From: Octopus bimaculoides
Lineage: Eukaryota
Reading direction: 5' to 3'
NCBI RefSeq assembly: GCF_001194135.2
Contig: NC_068989.1
Coordinates: forward strand, 16,093,831-16,130,822
DNA length: 36,992 bases
Position numbers and translations under genes: made by a program
The notes under the pieces: model-generated
Databases searched by the model: none
What the model saw: only the letters and a program-made list of their open reading frames with translations
What the model was told of the DNA's origin: nothing
Part shown: positions 34,263-36,992 of the stretch, in pieces
How the letters are laid out: each line of letters starts with the position of its first letter
How positions within the stretch are numbered: the first letter of the stretch is position 1

Positions 34263-34730
34263 NNNNNNNNNNNNNNNNNNNNNNNNNNNNNNNNNNNNNN
34301 NNNNNNNNNNNNNNNNNNNNNNNNNNNNNNNNNNNNNNNNNNNNNNNNNNNNNNNNNNNNNNNNNNNNNNNNNNNNNNNNNNNNNNNNNNNNNNNNNNNN
34401 NNNNNNNNNNNNNNNNNNNNNNNNNNNNNNNNNNNNNNNNNNNNNNNNNNNNNNNNNNNNNNNNNNNNNNNNNNNNNNNNNNNNNNNNNNNNNNNNNNNN
34501 NNNNNNNNNNNNNNNNNNNNNNNNNNNNNNNNNNNNNNNNNNNNNNNNNNNNNNNNNNNNNNNNNNNNNNNNNNNNNNNNNNNNNNNNNNNNNNNNNNNN
34601 NNNNNNNNNNNNNNNNNNNNNNNNNNNNNNNNNNNNNNNNNNNNNNNNNNNNNNNNNNNNNNNNNNNNNNNNNNNNNNNNNNNNNNNNNNNNNNNNNNNN
34701 NNNNNNNNNTCATATGTCAATGTGTATCTA

Positions 34731-34768
<38 letters not shown>

Positions 34769-34789
34769 ACACACACACAGTTATACGTA

Positions 34790-35330
34790 ATAGTCTCACT
34801 GGTTTTCATTCGAGAGATGAGCTGTTGGAGTAGCAATGACTTTAGCGTTTTAAGCGTTTATACAGAGCACAGTCTCTTTATAATGCTAAGTTTTCCCTTC
34901 TAATAATGTGCAGAACCTCTTGGATACATCATTGTTTGTAAACTTGGCATCATCTGGATTACATGACAGTGAGGAGGTACGAACGCAGTGATTCAAGTAT
35001 GTAGATGAATGCAACACTCATCATACACCCATTATTACTAAATTTGAAAATTTAGAAACAAGAGACGTTTTCAATGAAAACTATCGCTATGAAATTTGAG
35101 TATGGAGAATCTCAAATCAACAGCATTTCAAAATGACTTTTATGAAGGCATCTCTGAATGATTAAACGAAACAACTTCCAATATTGATGAAGTAGAGAGC
35201 AGCTGGGTTTCTCTAAATGAGACTCCGTATGTCTCTGCAGCTGATGCATTTAGCAGTCCACTGGATTGGTTTGATGCAAATAGCAAAGAGGTCAATGGCT
35301 TTTTCTGAGAAAAAGAAAAAGGTAATTAAG
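34790..35330 (+). pseudogene. RTE (BovB-like) APE C-terminal half and linker
   Basis: EHSLFI…RTSWIHHCL*TWHHLDYMTVRRYERSD…PLDWFDANSKEVN matches RTE TSWMHPRSKHWHLIDYVIVRRRDR.D and QDWFDEND.EI. Confidence 0.8.
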
Positions 35331-35608
35331 GATCTCAGCAGGGACATAATGGATGTTTACGCCAGTCTACAAAGGAGGTTTTAATAAATTAAGAATTATT
35401 CATGTACAGCATTCAACACACACCTGACGACTTCATGAAAATACGCGCAAGCATACACACACACGTGCGCGCGCGCGCGATATACATATGAATGAATATG
35501 CATGTGTGAGCAGGCGTATGTGTGCATGTGTATCAATGTGTGTGCGCGCGCGCGCATGATTAAGTGTGTTTGAACACGCATGCATGTCCGCTCGTGTATA
35601 TAGACACA

Positions 35609-35794
35609 TGAGTGGCTGTCTGGTAAGTAGCTTGCTTACCAACCACATGGTTCCGGGTTCAGTCCCACTGCGTGGCACCTTAGGCAAGTGTCTTCTACTA
35701 CAGCCTCGGGCCGACCAAAGCCTTGTGAGTGGATTTGGTAGACGGAAACTGAAAGAAGCCCGTCGTATATATGTATATATATATATATATATAT
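35609..35794 (+). mobile_element. SINE family A 5' half (young), 3' half in gap
   Basis: Nearly identical to 4254-4420. Confidence 0.92.
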
Positions 35795-36130
35795 NNNNNN
35801 NNNNNNNNNNNNNNNNNNNNNNNNNNNNNNNNNNNNNNNNNNNNNNNNNNNNNNNNNNNNNNNNNNNNNNNNNNNNNNNNNNNNNNNNNNNNNNNNNNNN
35901 NNNNNNNNNNNNNNNNNNNNNNNNNNNNNNNNNNNNNNNNNNNNNNNNNNNNNNNNNNNNNNNNNNNNNNNNNNNNNNNNNNNNNNNNNNNNNNNNNNNN
36001 NNNNNNNNNNNNNNNNNNNNNNNNNNNNNNNNNNNNNNNNNNNNNNNNNNNNNNNNNNNNNNNNNNNNNNNNNNNNNNNNNNNNNNNNNNNNNNNNNNNN
36101 NNNNNNNNNNNNNNNNNNNNNNNNNNNNNN

Positions 36131-36430
36131 CAGACCGGGCATTGTGAGTGTTTATTGAGCGAAAATACCTAAAGCTCCACGAGGCTCCGGCAGGGGATGG
36201 TGGCGAACCCTGGTGTACTCTTTCACCACAACTTTCTCTCACTCTTACTGTTTCTCTTGTACCTGTAATTCAAAGGGTCAGTCTTGCCACGCTGAATATC
36301 CCCGAGAACTACGTTAAGGGCACGCTCACCCACTTGCACGTTAATTTCACGAGCAGGCTGTTCCGTTGATCGGATCAACTGGAACCCTCGACGTCGTAAA
36401 CGACGGAGTGCCAACAACAAAAACAACAAA
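36131..36430 (+). mobile_element. SINE family C body with 3' hairpin and (AAC)n tail; head in gap
   Basis: Starts at the cagaccggg head junction; ends cgtcg-taaa-cgacg then gccaacaacaaaaacaac. Confidence 0.88.
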
Positions 36431-36679
36431 ACGTCTATCTATGAATTTGTACATATATGCATATATGTACAAACATGTGTGTAATATATATGTATATAAA
36501 AATACATTGTTACATACGCTTGCATATATAAGCATGATACGAACAAGAATGCATGCATACATTCATACATACATATATAATGAGTTGGGACAGAGAAGAG
36601 AAACTGTGTACGGTTGTAGAAATTAGCTGCCCAATGGATGTTAATATAAAGCTGAAGATTCGTGAAAAAGAGAATGCCT

Positions 36680-36992
36680 ATGCTCTTTACTCTTTTACTT
36701 GTTTCCGTCATTTGACTGTGGCCATGCTGGAGCACTGCCTTTTAGTCGAGCTTAATCTTTGTAAGCCTAGTACTTATTTTATCGGCTTCTTTTGCCGAAC
36801 CGCTAAGTTACGGGGACGTAAACACAACAGCATCGGTTGTCAAGCGATGTTGGGGGGTGGAGGGACAAACACAGACAAACAAACATATACACACACATAC
36901 ATACATATATATATACATATATATACGACGGGCTTCTTTCAGTTTCGTCTACCAAATCCACTCACAAGGCTTTGGTCGGCCCGAGGCTATAG
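36680..36992 (-). mobile_element. SINE family A (young), head cut off by the window edge
   Basis: Reverse complement of 4330-5056, with a short internal microsatellite. Confidence 0.92.

Overview
AT-rich, microsatellite-dense animal genomic DNA with 8 assembly gaps (about 3.2 kb of N). The interspersed repeats resemble octopus/coleoid cephalopod families; this is recognition from memory, not a database search. No intact protein-coding gene is visible, so the window is intronic or intergenic. It consists of (i) three tRNA-headed SINE families (called A, B and C here) and an unclassified (AAC)n-tailed repeat (family D, about 10 copies), (ii) decayed non-LTR retrotransposon coding fragments (RTE clade; R4/Dong clade RT thumb and CCHC/RLE C-terminus), (iii) Helitron Rep/helicase N- and C-terminal relics, a mariner transposase C-terminus, a 127-bp Tc1/mariner MITE and a piggyBac-like MITE, and (iv) Penelope-like terminal fragments. 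The most notable observations are a minimal type-I hammerhead ribozyme fold with a palindromic helix III at 32397-32444, an 81-nt pri-miRNA-like hairpin at 23363-23443, a perfect 15-bp hairpin in an R4/Dong 3' UTR, and a low-confidence set of tiny plus-strand exon candidates (33, 21, 48 and 50 nt), one of them locally duplicated. Most ORFs in the supplied track are microsatellite or gap artefacts. Boundaries of degraded repeats are approximate.
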